64,000 nt of DNA from an uncultured Acidobacteriaceae bacterium (GTDB taxonomy: Bacteria > Acidobacteriota > Terriglobia > Terriglobales > Acidobacteriaceae): positions 66,598 through 130,597 of the forward strand of contig CAVYOC010000007.1 of the NCBI GenBank assembly GCA_963770055.1, written 5' to 3'. Position numbers and translations under genes: made by a program. Positions 11,794 through 21,451 of the stretch are shown here, in pieces. The notes beneath the pieces are model-generated. The model was not told the DNA's origin and searched no databases. It worked only from the letters and a program-made list of their open reading frames with translations. Each line of letters starts with the position of its first letter. Position 1 is the first letter of the stretch.

Positions 11794-11841
11794 TGATTCC
11801 GTGTACAGAAAAAGAATTAGGGCTTCCTGTACACGTGTTCA
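11794..11841. promoter_or_regulatory. Two LacI-type operators upstream of TBDR 1
   Basis: TGATTCCGTGTACA (11794-11807) and near-perfect palindrome TGTACACGTGTTCA (11828-11841), both with central CG. Confidence 0.7.
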
Positions 11842-11869
11842 TAAATGAGTAATTTTTTGAAGCGTCCCG

Positions 11870-11899
11870 ATGCTATGCTGCTGCATTCTTAACTGTCAA
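11870..11899 (-). promoter_or_regulatory. Sigma70-type promoter of locus 1
   Basis: Minus strand TTGACA-N18-TAGCAT directly upstream of the operators. Confidence 0.55.
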
Positions 11900-12158
11900 T
11901 AGGAAAATCAATTCTCTCCTGAAAACGTGATCGGCCTCTGCCTGTCAGCCGCCCTCAGTTTTTCCGGGAGATAGGGCTGGCGCTCCTGCCCGAGAAGAGC
12001 CAGGCGTGGAAGAAGTTCCACCCGCTGGGTGATCGGAAGTAAATGGTCGGCTGTTTTTTGATCCGCTGACTCGCGTACATCAGTTGGAAGTGAGCGCGCT
12101 GCAAAGATTGAGAGCCGCGTCAATTTCGCTAATCGTCGAAGTTGCTCCACTTACTGCC

Positions 12159-13782
12159 CTATCTCGGTCTTCTCTTCGGCAAGATACCTCCGCCTGTCTT
12201 TTCAGAGACGGCTCCCTGTATCGCCCCTTTTGCAGCGTTACCGGCCAGACTCCCCATGTCCGCATCAAAGCTCGGATTCGATGTTGTTCCTTGAATCCTG
12301 AAGGACACGCCTCCCCTATCGCCGCCCCGACCCGTTCTCTCTGTTCGGGCTTCGGACCTGTTGGTCTGCAGGTCGGCCATCATGTTGAAATTGAGCGCTC
12401 CGTTCGGGCTAATCGTACCGGCTCCCGTCACCACGCCGAGGGATGGGTATGGTCACATTGATCGCGTCGGCCCTCGTCATGTCAGGAGCGATACGCGCAT
12501 TCAAGCTGGCATTCTGAATGATCGTGTCGGGATTAGAGGGGGCCTTTCCCCTAAAGGCTGATAGAGCTCCTAATTTCGAACCCATATCGAAACCGGCCAA
12601 CTTCGTGTTGGACATCCGCACGGGACCGGCGATCACTAGTTTGACGAGAGAACCGCTGATTGCCAGGTCGGCCGACAGCGTTCCACCCTGCAACTTGGAT
12701 CCTGAGGGAAGCACTACGCCAAGCATGGGTAGCATCGATTCCAGTTCGTCAACCGACATGTTCGGGGCGCTGAGTTTCAGGTTCATCACCTGGGTTTCGC
12801 CCTGGGTCTGAAATCCGCCAGTGAGGTGAGCGACTAACTTGCCGACTGCTACGTCCCCTTGGGTGATGGTTCCCGCCTGACGGTCGAGGTCCTCGTCAAT
12901 CGCGTACTTCACGGTCACTGCTTTCGGAGCCGGTGACCCCTTGGGTGAGAGCTTGAGTTTTTCGCAGGTGATCACGCCCGCCGCCTTGGCCTGACTGCCA
13001 GTCGAGTTCAACGTTCCCTCAAGATCAACGGAGCCGCCGATGCCGCTCCCGGGATCGACGAAGCCCGAGGCTGCGATATCCAGATTCTTCACCTTCATCG
13101 AGGCATCGAAAGGAGTCTTCGCCGAGTCCTGCGGATTGATTGGTCCAGCTTTGCCGGTGAGGTTGGCATCGCCACCTCCGGGCAGGTTGACGCTCAACTC
13201 GAACGGGAACTGAGACGCGAAAGAGAAGTTCGAAACTTCCGCGTTCAGGTTGTCGAAAACCTGCGGTTTCGCGGTGGAGTTGGCGTTGCCTACCGACAAC
13301 TTTCCATCTTTGATCTCCAGCTTGGCGATCGAGAGGTTTTGGGGCTCACCCGACTTTGCTAACTCAGGAGATTTGCCTTTACCGGCCCCGCCGAGGCTGG
13401 AAAAGTTCCAGGTTCCGCTGGAAGCCTTGAGCAGGGTTATCTGCGGCTCGTCCAGTTCGATCCCAGTTATGTTGAGCTGCTTGGAGAAGATAAGCGGCAT
13501 GATTTCGACGCCGATCTCCAACGACTTCATTGTGATAAACGGTGACTTGCTAAAGGCCGGATCGTCGGCGATGCTGACATCCTCCACCCCGACCTTGCCG
13601 CTGAGGACCGAAAGGCTTATCTCTCCAAGCGTTACAGGCCGTCCCAGCGCACTCGTCAGTGCCGACTCGATCTTTGGTCGGAAGCTGTTGATGTTGATGA
13701 AAAAGGGAAGCGCGATCAGAATTACCAGCACCGCCGCCACGACGATTCCAGCGATCTTCAGAGTGCGTTTGTTAAATTGCAT
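12159..13782 (-). CDS. AsmA-family protein (frameshift near 12446)
   Basis: N-terminal TM anchor followed by FRPKIESALTSALGRPVTLGEI and WNFSSLG. The C-terminal part in ORF 12159-12434 (GAGTISPNGALNF, VSFRIQGTTSNPSF) is AsmA-like. Confidence 0.82.
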
Positions 13783-13981
13783 GGGCTGCTCGTGTTCTTC
13801 CACCATTTCAAGGATGCTTATCGTTAGCATCCATTGGAGCTGGCGAAGTCAATGTAGCCACTTCTTCAGCTTGATGGTACGAGTGGGACCCCAGGTGCCG
13901 CTACTGGGACTTTCCCTAGTTGGCGCGCAGACAAGGAGCCATAGGTGAAGACCACTTATCTTCAGCAATTTGAAGCAAACC

Positions 13982-15151
13982 TCAGGGTATTTTCAGGCCG
14001 AGCGCGCCTGCATTCTCGCGATCAGGCACGACGATGCCGTTGCTGTGCGTAACGAGTCCGAAGTTTCCATTCCAATCCCACATGGCCCAACCGATTCCCT
14101 GCTGTTCCAACCCAGTTCTCACATCATGGAGGTAACGCGTGCGCGAGTCGGGTGGGGTCGTGTCACGGAAAGCTCCAAACTCATTACAGATAACAGGGAC
14201 GCCGTGCTCACGGGCCCAGGAAGCCGCAAAGGCGAGCCGTCCGGAGATTCCTTTCGCGTTCCAGCCGCTTTGTCCGTAAAGATAAAGCTGGTAGCGTGCA
14301 TTGTCGCCGGGGATTGAGCCTTCGAGCGTCGCAATCTGCTCCGGCGTCGCGGGATAAGGAATGTTCTTGTAGTAGTTCCATTCCACCGAGCCCCACGGTG
14401 CGCCCTGATGGGTGAACTGATATGGCTCGTAGAAATGGAAGGTGTAAATGACGTTCGCATCCGGCAGCGGCTGCGTCTCGATCAGGTCAGGGAGGCTATC
14501 GTAATGGGCACCGGAGGCCAGGATTGTGTGCTGCGGAGCGATTCGCCGGATGGCTTGAGTGACGGCGCTTTGAATTCCGATCCAACGATATGGATCTTGA
14601 ACCTCCGACTCGTTCATCAGCTCAAAGAAGAAGCGGTCGGGATCGCGTGAAGCGAGATGTTTCGCGAGCACCTGCCAGAGCATGACGAACTGATCCACTC
14701 CGCTCGGCGTAGCGAGTTGTTGTTTGTAATCATCTCTGGGGAACACAACAAAGTCGACGGAGAGGCCGGCGTTCATGGCAAGATCGAGTGCGTCGTCGAT
14801 GCGCTTCCAGAGCTCGTCTTTTTTGGGAGAGAGCAGGCCACCTCTGGTCAACAGAGTCGGGTCGAGAGGAAATCGCACGTAACGGATACCCATCGCCTGC
14901 ATCGCCGTAAAATCCTTTGCCGTGACGTAGGTCGAGGTATGTTCTTGAGAATAGTCGCCCGATCCGCCAAACCAGCCGGAGAGGTTGACTCCCCGGGTAA
15001 GTGTTGCAGCTCGACGGATGGCGACGGCGCGACCCGGGTCTGGCGGAAGCATCGAGGGAGCGCTCGGAGTCTGAGCAGAGCTTGAGACACTCCCAGCGAG
15101 TGAAGCAGCTAAGCATATGGCGAAGAGACTTGTTTTCATTCGACGATTCAC
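13982..15151 (-). CDS. GH5 glycoside hydrolase (cellulase family), secreted
   Basis: RGVNLSGWF, YVRFP, FELMNES (acid/base Glu; usually NEP), YTFHFYEP, CNEFG (nucleophile), GWAMW. Confidence 0.88.
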   Translation of the reverse strand: MNRRMKTSLFAICLAASLAGSVSSSAQTPSAPSMLPPDPGRAVAIRRAATLTRGVNLSGWFGGSGDYSQEHTSTYVTAKDFTAMQAMGIRYVRFPLDPTLLTRGGLLSPKKDELWKRIDDALDLAMNAGLSVDFVVFPRDDYKQQLATPSGVDQFVMLWQVLAKHLASRDPDRFFFELMNESEVQDPYRWIGIQSAVTQAIRRIAPQHTILASGAHYDSLPDLIETQPLPDANVIYTFHFYEPYQFTHQGAPWGSVEWNYYKNIPYPATPEQIATLEGSIPGDNARYQLYLYGQSGWNAKGISGRLAFAASWAREHGVPVICNEFGAFRDTTPPDSRTRYLHDVRTGLEQQGIGWAMWDWNGNFGLVTHSNGIVVPDRENAGALGLKIP

Positions 15152-15164
15152 AGGAGTATCGCGC

Positions 15165-18100
15165 TCATTTTCGGGTTGTCGTTATGCTGATCACACTCTC
15201 GGGGACGTTCCATCCTCGCACGCCCACTGAAGGTATGAGTTTGGATCCGGCGTCGGGCAAGGGATAGCGGATGGTGAGTTGCAGGGACTCGCCGGGAAGG
15301 AGCGATACGTAGTTATCCGAATAGTATGCCGGAAGAATACGTTCGTGCGTGGCTGCGTTCTGCAAGGTCAACTTGGTAGCAAGCGCGGGGACCGTTCCGG
15401 TGTTGTGGACCGTCACTTCGACCGCAGATTCACCTTCTATCTCGTGTGTGCTCGTATTGAACGAGAGTTGGGCAGCAGGCATTGATGTGAGCTTTCGGTA
15501 GCCGCTCTCCTGTCCGGCGAGCCAGTAGACGTTACGCGAAATAACTACACCCGCGCTGTCGGTCATCTGGAGCAGGACCAGTACGGCTTGTTCCTGCGCG
15601 AACAGCGGGCCGAGCGTAAGTTGAAAAAGAGAGACCGCTTTGTTGGACGGAAGCTCGAGCGGCTCTTCACGTGTCATGAGTTCTTTGCCGGATAAGTCGT
15701 AGACGGTCGCTTTCGCATGCAGGCCATGCGCCGCATCGCCGGTTGTGCTGACCGCCGTCACTGTGTTGTCCGACAGATCGAGTTGAAGATGCAGCGGCTC
15801 GCAAGCTTTCTTTACGCCGTAGAAAGATGCTTGTGTGTCGTAATCTGAACTAAGAATTTGCCAGTTGTTGCTGGGCCATGCAGGCTGTGTCATCCAGAGC
15901 ATGCGGCCGCTGTTCGGCGAGAACAGGTGCTGATTGAAACCCTCAAAGATGGCGCGGTGATCCACATAGTTGAACATCTGTGCCTTGCGTTCGAAGTCGG
16001 GGAGACTCGTCGATCCGCCGAACTCCAGTTCCATGTGCTGCATCAGAGGGTGAACATCGCCGTTTCCTGAGTGGTGCCAGTCGTGATACGCCCAGGCATC
16101 GCTGATCGGCCATTGATCTGGCGCGGCGATGGAGGCTTGCAGACTTTCCCGTGTCGACAGCGAAGCGATTCCAAGTTCAACCGAGAATCCCTTATCAAGG
16201 GTCGTATAGTACAGCGCGGGATCCTGATAAAGATATGGCCCGCTATTGCGTAGATCGATCCGGTTGGAACCTGGCGTGTAGTAGCGCGTGCCATCTTCTT
16301 CGCGGAAGATATCGATCAACCCTTCATTGAGCACCGGCTGTGGCACACCCTCATTGCGCCCGCACCAGACCACGATCGATGGATGATTGCGAAAGCGCCG
16401 AACGACGTCGCGCGCGTTCGCGAGGAAGAGCGGAACATCCTGGGGTTCGACGTTGTAGTCCTGTGTGGAGGCCCAGAAATCGTTCCATACCATCAGACCG
16501 TATTCATCGGCGAGTTCATAAAAAATCTCTTCCGTATTCTGACCGACCCAATTGCGAATGATGTTGAGGTTCGCTTCGCGATGCAACCTGAAGAAGGGTT
16601 CGAGATGCTCGCGGCTCACGCGCTTACGAGAGTCGTCCATACCCCAGTTGCCGCCGCGCGCTGCGATACGCACTCCATTGACCTTGATGACGAGGTCTGT
16701 GAAGCCCGGTTCGTCGCTTACTGAAGTGACAGCGCTGGATCTCTCCCCCGCCAGTGTTAGCGAAGGAGCCCAGTACTCCGCTGTCTGGCGCATCGCCTGG
16801 TGGCGAACATCGACGACTTCGATGCCGCTTTGCCTTGCGACAGTTGGATAGATCTCATCCCTCCGCAGATGACCTGTGCTGTCGAAGAGGCTAAGTTCGT
16901 AGGTGATCTCGCGGATACCGAAGGTGACATCCTTACGATCGGAGACCGTCGCTCCTTCGGCGAGCGAGAGCTTGAGATGATAGAGGTCCGGCCGTCCGTA
17001 GCCGTTGGGCCACCAAAGACGCGGTTTCACGAGGTGTAACTGAGGGTACTCGGTGGGCTTGAGACTCACCACTGAGTCCCCCGGCGCTACGGTGACTGAC
17101 TTGTCGACTGAGACGCCCTCGAAGGCCGCATGGAGTTTTGCCTGCACCGGCTGCGCGGATGAGTTATGGATGGGAACATCGATACTCACGTCGGCTGACG
17201 AGGTATCAGGCAGTGGCAGGTGTGTGACCACCCTCGCGTCGCCAAGCTGAAGCGCGCCGTTGATCGAGAGCACGACATCCTGCCAGATTCCGCTGTTGCG
17301 GTCACGGATTGCAGGAATCCAATCCCATCCTTCAGTCGCCACGAAGGTCGGGCCATCCAGGCACATGGCGCCACCGTTCTCTCCGGGGCCACCTTTGATC
17401 GACTGCTCCTGCGGTATGCCGGGATGCGGTGGAGGCGATATGCGGATGGCCAGAGCATTCTTTCCTCCGCTTCGCAAACGATCGGTTACATCAAAGGTGC
17501 CGCGAATGAAGGCACCCCGCACGTTCCCCACCAGCTTGCCATTCAACCAAACCTCGGCGGCGTAGTTGATGCCAAGAAAGGTAAGTGCGACGCGGTGTGC
17601 GGCCGCCTCACGCGGCGTAACAAATTCGATCCGGTACCAGTAGTCCTGCTTGTTGAGCGATTCGGGAATGGCAAGGTTATTGAGGCCAAAGTCGGGATCC
17701 GGATAGATGCCGCGATCGACCATGCTGGTAAGGACCGTTCCCGGAACAGTCGCATGCATCCATGATTTGTCTTCGAATCCGACGGAGGATATCTGGCTTC
17801 CGGCGGATGAAACGTTCGGGGCTGCTGTGAGTTTCCAGTGGGAGCGCAGTGCCCATTGCTGCTGTCCAACAGGTTTGAGAACAGGGGCGTTCGGCGGTGG
17901 AAGGGGCTTTGCCAGAGGCTTGCTGAAGGGCGCCAGGGTGGTCGGCATCAGCGAGGGATCCTGCGGTGCGATATACCCTGCCTGCCCGCGGGTCTGTACC
18001 GGCCATGAAAGGGAGGCGTCCTGCCAGTGGAGCAGCATTGAGTCAGGAGGATGACTCGCATTCTCGCCCAAGGTTTGTTGGGGCACGCTCTCAGGACGCA

Positions 18101-18698
18101 GCATGACCTGCGCAAGATCGCCTCCGAAGTGCTCCACCGGTAGATCGGGGATGGCAGCCGTCGGAGCAATCACAAGGCGAGAGGTCACGGCACCGGATCG
18201 CAGGATAGCCCGCGCGACTTCCTTGCCGTCCAGACTGAGCGCAACGGTCGTGCCGTCTGAGGTCGCGGCAAGGAAGTGCCACCCGCCTGCAGGCAGAGCA
18301 GAATCGGCGATCAGGGCATTTCCTACTCCGTAGCGCATCATCGGACGGCCACCATCGATACCGAGGAAGCGTGAGTTCTCTGCGAGGGGATCGCCGACAC
18401 CTGCAAGGAGCACATTGCGCGGTGTAGCGGAAGACAACTCTACCCACAGCGAGAGCGTGTAAGCGCCTGTAGAAGTAAGGACCCGACTGGTTGGAGGAAT
18501 GGGTTCGTTCAGAGCGGGTCCGCCGGCAAGTACCCGGACATCATATGGGCCTACGACCCGTTCTTCGATCGCTGGTGCAGCGACCTCCGGTTGACGTCTC
18601 TCCTGCGCATAGGAGCTTAGCGTCGACATAAAGGCGAGAGCCATCAGTAAAGCTTCTAAACGGAGCCGTGCAAGACGGCGGCCTACAGGTGCAATCAT
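15165..18698 (-). CDS. GH2 glycoside hydrolase (beta-mannosidase/exo-glucosaminidase-like) with N-terminal LamG-like domain
   Basis: WHFLAATSDG LamG-like strand, ATVPGTVL, GWDWIPAIRDRNSGIWQ, LWWPNGYG, RGGNWG, RNHPSIVVWCGRNEG, YYSDNY. Confidence 0.88.
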   Translation of the reverse strand: MIAPVGRRLARLRLEALLMALAFMSTLSSYAQERRQPEVAAPAIEERVVGPYDVRVLAGGPALNEPIPPTSRVLTSTGAYTLSLWVELSSATPRNVLLAGVGDPLAENSRFLGIDGGRPMMRYGVGNALIADSALPAGGWHFLAATSDGTTVALSLDGKEVARAILRSGAVTSRLVIAPTAAIPDLPVEHFGGDLAQVMLRPESVPQQTLGENASHPPDSMLLHWQDASLSWPVQTRGQAGYIAPQDPSLMPTTLAPFSKPLAKPLPPPNAPVLKPVGQQQWALRSHWKLTAAPNVSSAGSQISSVGFEDKSWMHATVPGTVLTSMVDRGIYPDPDFGLNNLAIPESLNKQDYWYRIEFVTPREAAAHRVALTFLGINYAAEVWLNGKLVGNVRGAFIRGTFDVTDRLRSGGKNALAIRISPPPHPGIPQEQSIKGGPGENGGAMCLDGPTFVATEGWDWIPAIRDRNSGIWQDVVLSINGALQLGDARVVTHLPLPDTSSADVSIDVPIHNSSAQPVQAKLHAAFEGVSVDKSVTVAPGDSVVSLKPTEYPQLHLVKPRLWWPNGYGRPDLYHLKLSLAEGATVSDRKDVTFGIREITYELSLFDSTGHLRRDEIYPTVARQSGIEVVDVRHQAMRQTAEYWAPSLTLAGERSSAVTSVSDEPGFTDLVIKVNGVRIAARGGNWGMDDSRKRVSREHLEPFFRLHREANLNIIRNWVGQNTEEIFYELADEYGLMVWNDFWASTQDYNVEPQDVPLFLANARDVVRRFRNHPSIVVWCGRNEGVPQPVLNEGLIDIFREEDGTRYYTPGSNRIDLRNSGPYLYQDPALYYTTLDKGFSVELGIASLSTRESLQASIAAPDQWPISDAWAYHDWHHSGNGDVHPLMQHMELEFGGSTSLPDFERKAQMFNYVDHRAIFEGFNQHLFSPNSGRMLWMTQPAWPSNNWQILSSDYDTQASFYGVKKACEPLHLQLDLSDNTVTAVSTTGDAAHGLHAKATVYDLSGKELMTREEPLELPSNKAVSLFQLTLGPLFAQEQAVLVLLQMTDSAGVVISRNVYWLAGQESGYRKLTSMPAAQLSFNTSTHEIEGESAVEVTVHNTGTVPALATKLTLQNAATHERILPAYYSDNYVSLLPGESLQLTIRYPLPDAGSKLIPSVGVRGWNVPESVISITTTRK

Positions 18699-18825
18699 CT
18701 AATTCCCTCTTCAACCCATACTTCGCAATTTCAGGCGCCGACACGAATCGAATATGCTGTCAGACGAGGAACGCCCGCGCGTAGACGGTGTTATTCGCAA
18801 CGAACCGCCATTATTACGCAAAATT

Positions 18826-18839
18826 AGTTATCGATAACA
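18826..18839. promoter_or_regulatory. LacI-type operator (locus 2)
   Basis: AGTTATCGATAACA; perfect 12-bp palindrome GTTATCGATAAC in the divergent GH2/ROK intergenic region. Confidence 0.7.
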
Positions 18840-18922
18840 AAATATTGTGCCACTTTATACGAATAGCTTTAAAGGTTTGCCAATCTGGCGGGGAACACGA
18901 CTTTGGTTGACAAAGAGAGTAG

Positions 18923-18984
18923 TTGACAAACATTTGGTGACCTGACTATAAGCGTCATAAACCATTTGTGATATCGTTCACAAA
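18923..18984 (+). promoter_or_regulatory. Putative sigma70 promoter plus operator for ROK-LacI
   Basis: TTGACA(18923)-N18-TATAAG followed by TTTGTGATATCGTTCACAAA (18965-18984). Confidence 0.55.
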
Positions 18985-19209
18985 AGACTACATTGAGCTG
19001 CCACGATAGTCCTATTCCAGCGAGTTTAAGATGGCCCTTTGTTTGTTTTCTCTTCCGAGTGCGTTCGTTGTGCTGAGTTGCGGAGTTCTTCAGGCGCAGG
19101 CAGTTCCGGCGTGGTCACCGACGCCTTCCTTGCCATCGCGCTGGATCGCCGAAGGCGCCTTCAGACTCATGTCCACGCAGCCACGGACAGGAACAGGACT
19201 ATAGGCTGC

Positions 19210-20271
19210 ATGACCACTCACCAGCAGTTGACGTTCGGCGTCGACCTTGGGGGCACCAGCACTCGGGTTGGCCTCTATGACGCGTCCATGCAGTTGATTG
19301 ACAGCCGTTCGATGACCACACGCGTCTCCGCAGGTCCGCAGTCCTGTGTCGCAGAGATCGCCGAAGCCATCGCTTCCATAAACCGCGAGTATTCCGCGAG
19401 GAGATCATCCTGTAAGGTCCTCGGAATCGGCATTGGCAGCCCGGGACCGATGAATCTGCGCACCGGCGTGCTTGGTCTGCTTCCGAACCTTCCGGGCTGG
19501 GATAACTTTCCGCTCCGTGATGCGCTCGCCGCTGCGGCCGAAATGCCGGTAGTGCTGGAATCGGATGCCAACGCCGCGGCGATTGCAGAGTGGAAGCTCG
19601 GTGCGGGCCAGTCGACGAGTCTCGATTCCATGGCAATGATCACGCTTGGAACCGGCGTCGGGAGTGGACTCATCCTCGGCGGACAAATCTGGCATGGCAT
19701 GTTTGGCATGGGCGGTGAAGTCGGACACGCCACAGTCGTTCCAGACGGGCTTCTCTGCGGCTGCGGCAGTCGCGGATGCCTGGAGATGTATGCATCAGCC
19801 AATGGTCTTCTGCGCCTGGCGATCGCGGCTGCTGACTCCGACGACGCCACGCCCGCATTAAAGGCCCTGGTAACACGACCCCTCGGGTTTACGCCTGTTG
19901 ATGTTGCGGGCCTGGCGCAGAACGATTTTGCGGCGCAGCAGGTGTTCCATCGGATCGGCCATTTTCTCGGCATTGGGATTGCCAACCTGATCAACACACT
20001 CGATCTGCCCTTGATTGTGGTGGGCGGCGGTATGGCCCCCAGTTGGAATTTGTTTGCTCCATCCATGTTCCGCACAATCCGCGACTACAGCCTCGTCTAT
20101 CGGCTGGCGACGCCCGCACAGGTTGACACCCGGGAACCAGACCGAACGTTTATCTGCCCCGCAATGCTCGGATCTTCTGCGGGCCTGCTGGGTGCCGCAT
20201 TGCTTCCGCGCCTCGCGGAGTTGAACGGCGAATCAACTAACAAATCCCTCACACCGGAGATGATTCGATGA
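19210..20271 (+). CDS. ROK-family sugar kinase (glucokinase-like)
   Basis: GVDLGGT, GIGSPG, ESDANAAA, TLGTGVG, GGEVGH, CGCGSRGCLEMYAS; no HTH; start ATG 19210. Confidence 0.9.
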   Translation: MTTHQQLTFGVDLGGTSTRVGLYDASMQLIDSRSMTTRVSAGPQSCVAEIAEAIASINREYSARRSSCKVLGIGIGSPGPMNLRTGVLGLLPNLPGWDNFPLRDALAAAAEMPVVLESDANAAAIAEWKLGAGQSTSLDSMAMITLGTGVGSGLILGGQIWHGMFGMGGEVGHATVVPDGLLCGCGSRGCLEMYASANGLLRLAIAAADSDDATPALKALVTRPLGFTPVDVAGLAQNDFAAQQVFHRIGHFLGIGIANLINTLDLPLIVVGGGMAPSWNLFAPSMFRTIRDYSLVYRLATPAQVDTREPDRTFICPAMLGSSAGLLGAALLPRLAELNGESTNKSLTPEMIR

Positions 20272-20424
20272 GCACACTGAGGTTGACGTTCACTCGGTAG
20301 CCACTGAAATGAGTCTGAACAATGCAGTCAGTCTGCCCAACATCCACCTTTAGTTACGAGCAGAATCCGGTACACTAAGCCGCATGTAGCGATTGTTTTT
20401 TACTGTCGCAGGAGCTTCCGTTTC

Positions 20425-21438
20425 ATGGCCAAATCGGCACGAATGAGCGACGTCGCGAAGCTTGCGGGCGTCAGCACGATGACGGTGTCGCGTGTGCTTA
20501 ACGGGAGCGCAAACGTCACCGACGGTCTCCGTGGCAAGGTCTTCGCTGCCATCGAGCATCTGCGTTACCAGCGCAACGAACTTGCACGTTCGCTACGCGA
20601 ACAACGCTCACGCCAAATCGGCATCCTGGTTCCTTACCTCCTCGACCCCTTCTTCGCTACCTGCGCCCACGTCATCAGCACGGTTGCCCGTCAGCATGCC
20701 TATTCTGTCGTGCTTTCCACTACCAACGAAGATCCTCGGACCGAGTATGAAGAAGCCAGCCGCATGCTGCGTCGCAACGTAGAAGGGCTTATCATCATTC
20801 CGTCGCATTCCAGAACCGGCGCTTCGCCCCTGCTGGCGAAGGAGTTCGATGGTATGCCTATTGTGGCGCTCGACAGGCCGATTGAAGGCAGCGACTTCGA
20901 TAGCCTGCTGGTTGAAAACGAGCAGGGAGCAAAGATAGGAACCAAGCATCTCCTCTCTCTTGGACACAAACGAATCGCCTACATCGGTCTGTCCGATGAT
21001 CTTTACACCATGTGCATGCGTCACCGTGGATACAACTCGGCCATGGCGGAAGCGGGCCTCAAGTCGGTTGCGGCGATCTGCTCGAGCGCACTCGAAGACG
21101 CGCACGTCAAAGTCCGCGAGCTTCTTTCCCTGAAGCGCAAACCCACAGCTCTGTTTTGCGCCAATAACCTCACCACCCGCCATGTGCTCCATAGCCTGCA
21201 GGCTCTTGGCATCTATCCACCAGATGGTATGGCGTTGGTTGGCTTCGACGACTTTGAGACTGCCGACCTGTTGCGTCCCGGCATCACCGTCGTCAGACAA
21301 CCAAACGAGTTGCTCGGCCGTACCGCCGCGGACGTGCTCTTCAAGCGCCTGGGCGATTCCCGCAAACAGAAAGCAGGCAAGCGCACCGTACTTCCGGTAG
21401 AACTTATCGTTCGCGGTTCCTGCGGTGCTCGCATCTAG
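20425..21438 (+). CDS. LacI-family transcriptional regulator
   Basis: MSDVAKLAGVSTMTVSRVLN HTH, GHKRIAYI, VGFDD, ELIVRGSCG. Confidence 0.93.
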   Translation: MAKSARMSDVAKLAGVSTMTVSRVLNGSANVTDGLRGKVFAAIEHLRYQRNELARSLREQRSRQIGILVPYLLDPFFATCAHVISTVARQHAYSVVLSTTNEDPRTEYEEASRMLRRNVEGLIIIPSHSRTGASPLLAKEFDGMPIVALDRPIEGSDFDSLLVENEQGAKIGTKHLLSLGHKRIAYIGLSDDLYTMCMRHRGYNSAMAEAGLKSVAAICSSALEDAHVKVRELLSLKRKPTALFCANNLTTRHVLHSLQALGIYPPDGMALVGFDDFETADLLRPGITVVRQPNELLGRTAADVLFKRLGDSRKQKAGKRTVLPVELIVRGSCGARI

Positions 21439-21451
21439 TTGCGAGCATGTG

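Noticed and set aside
19039-19209. ROK N-terminal extension or riboswitch in the long leader
   Set aside because: No HTH in the extension and no recognisable riboswitch consensus.
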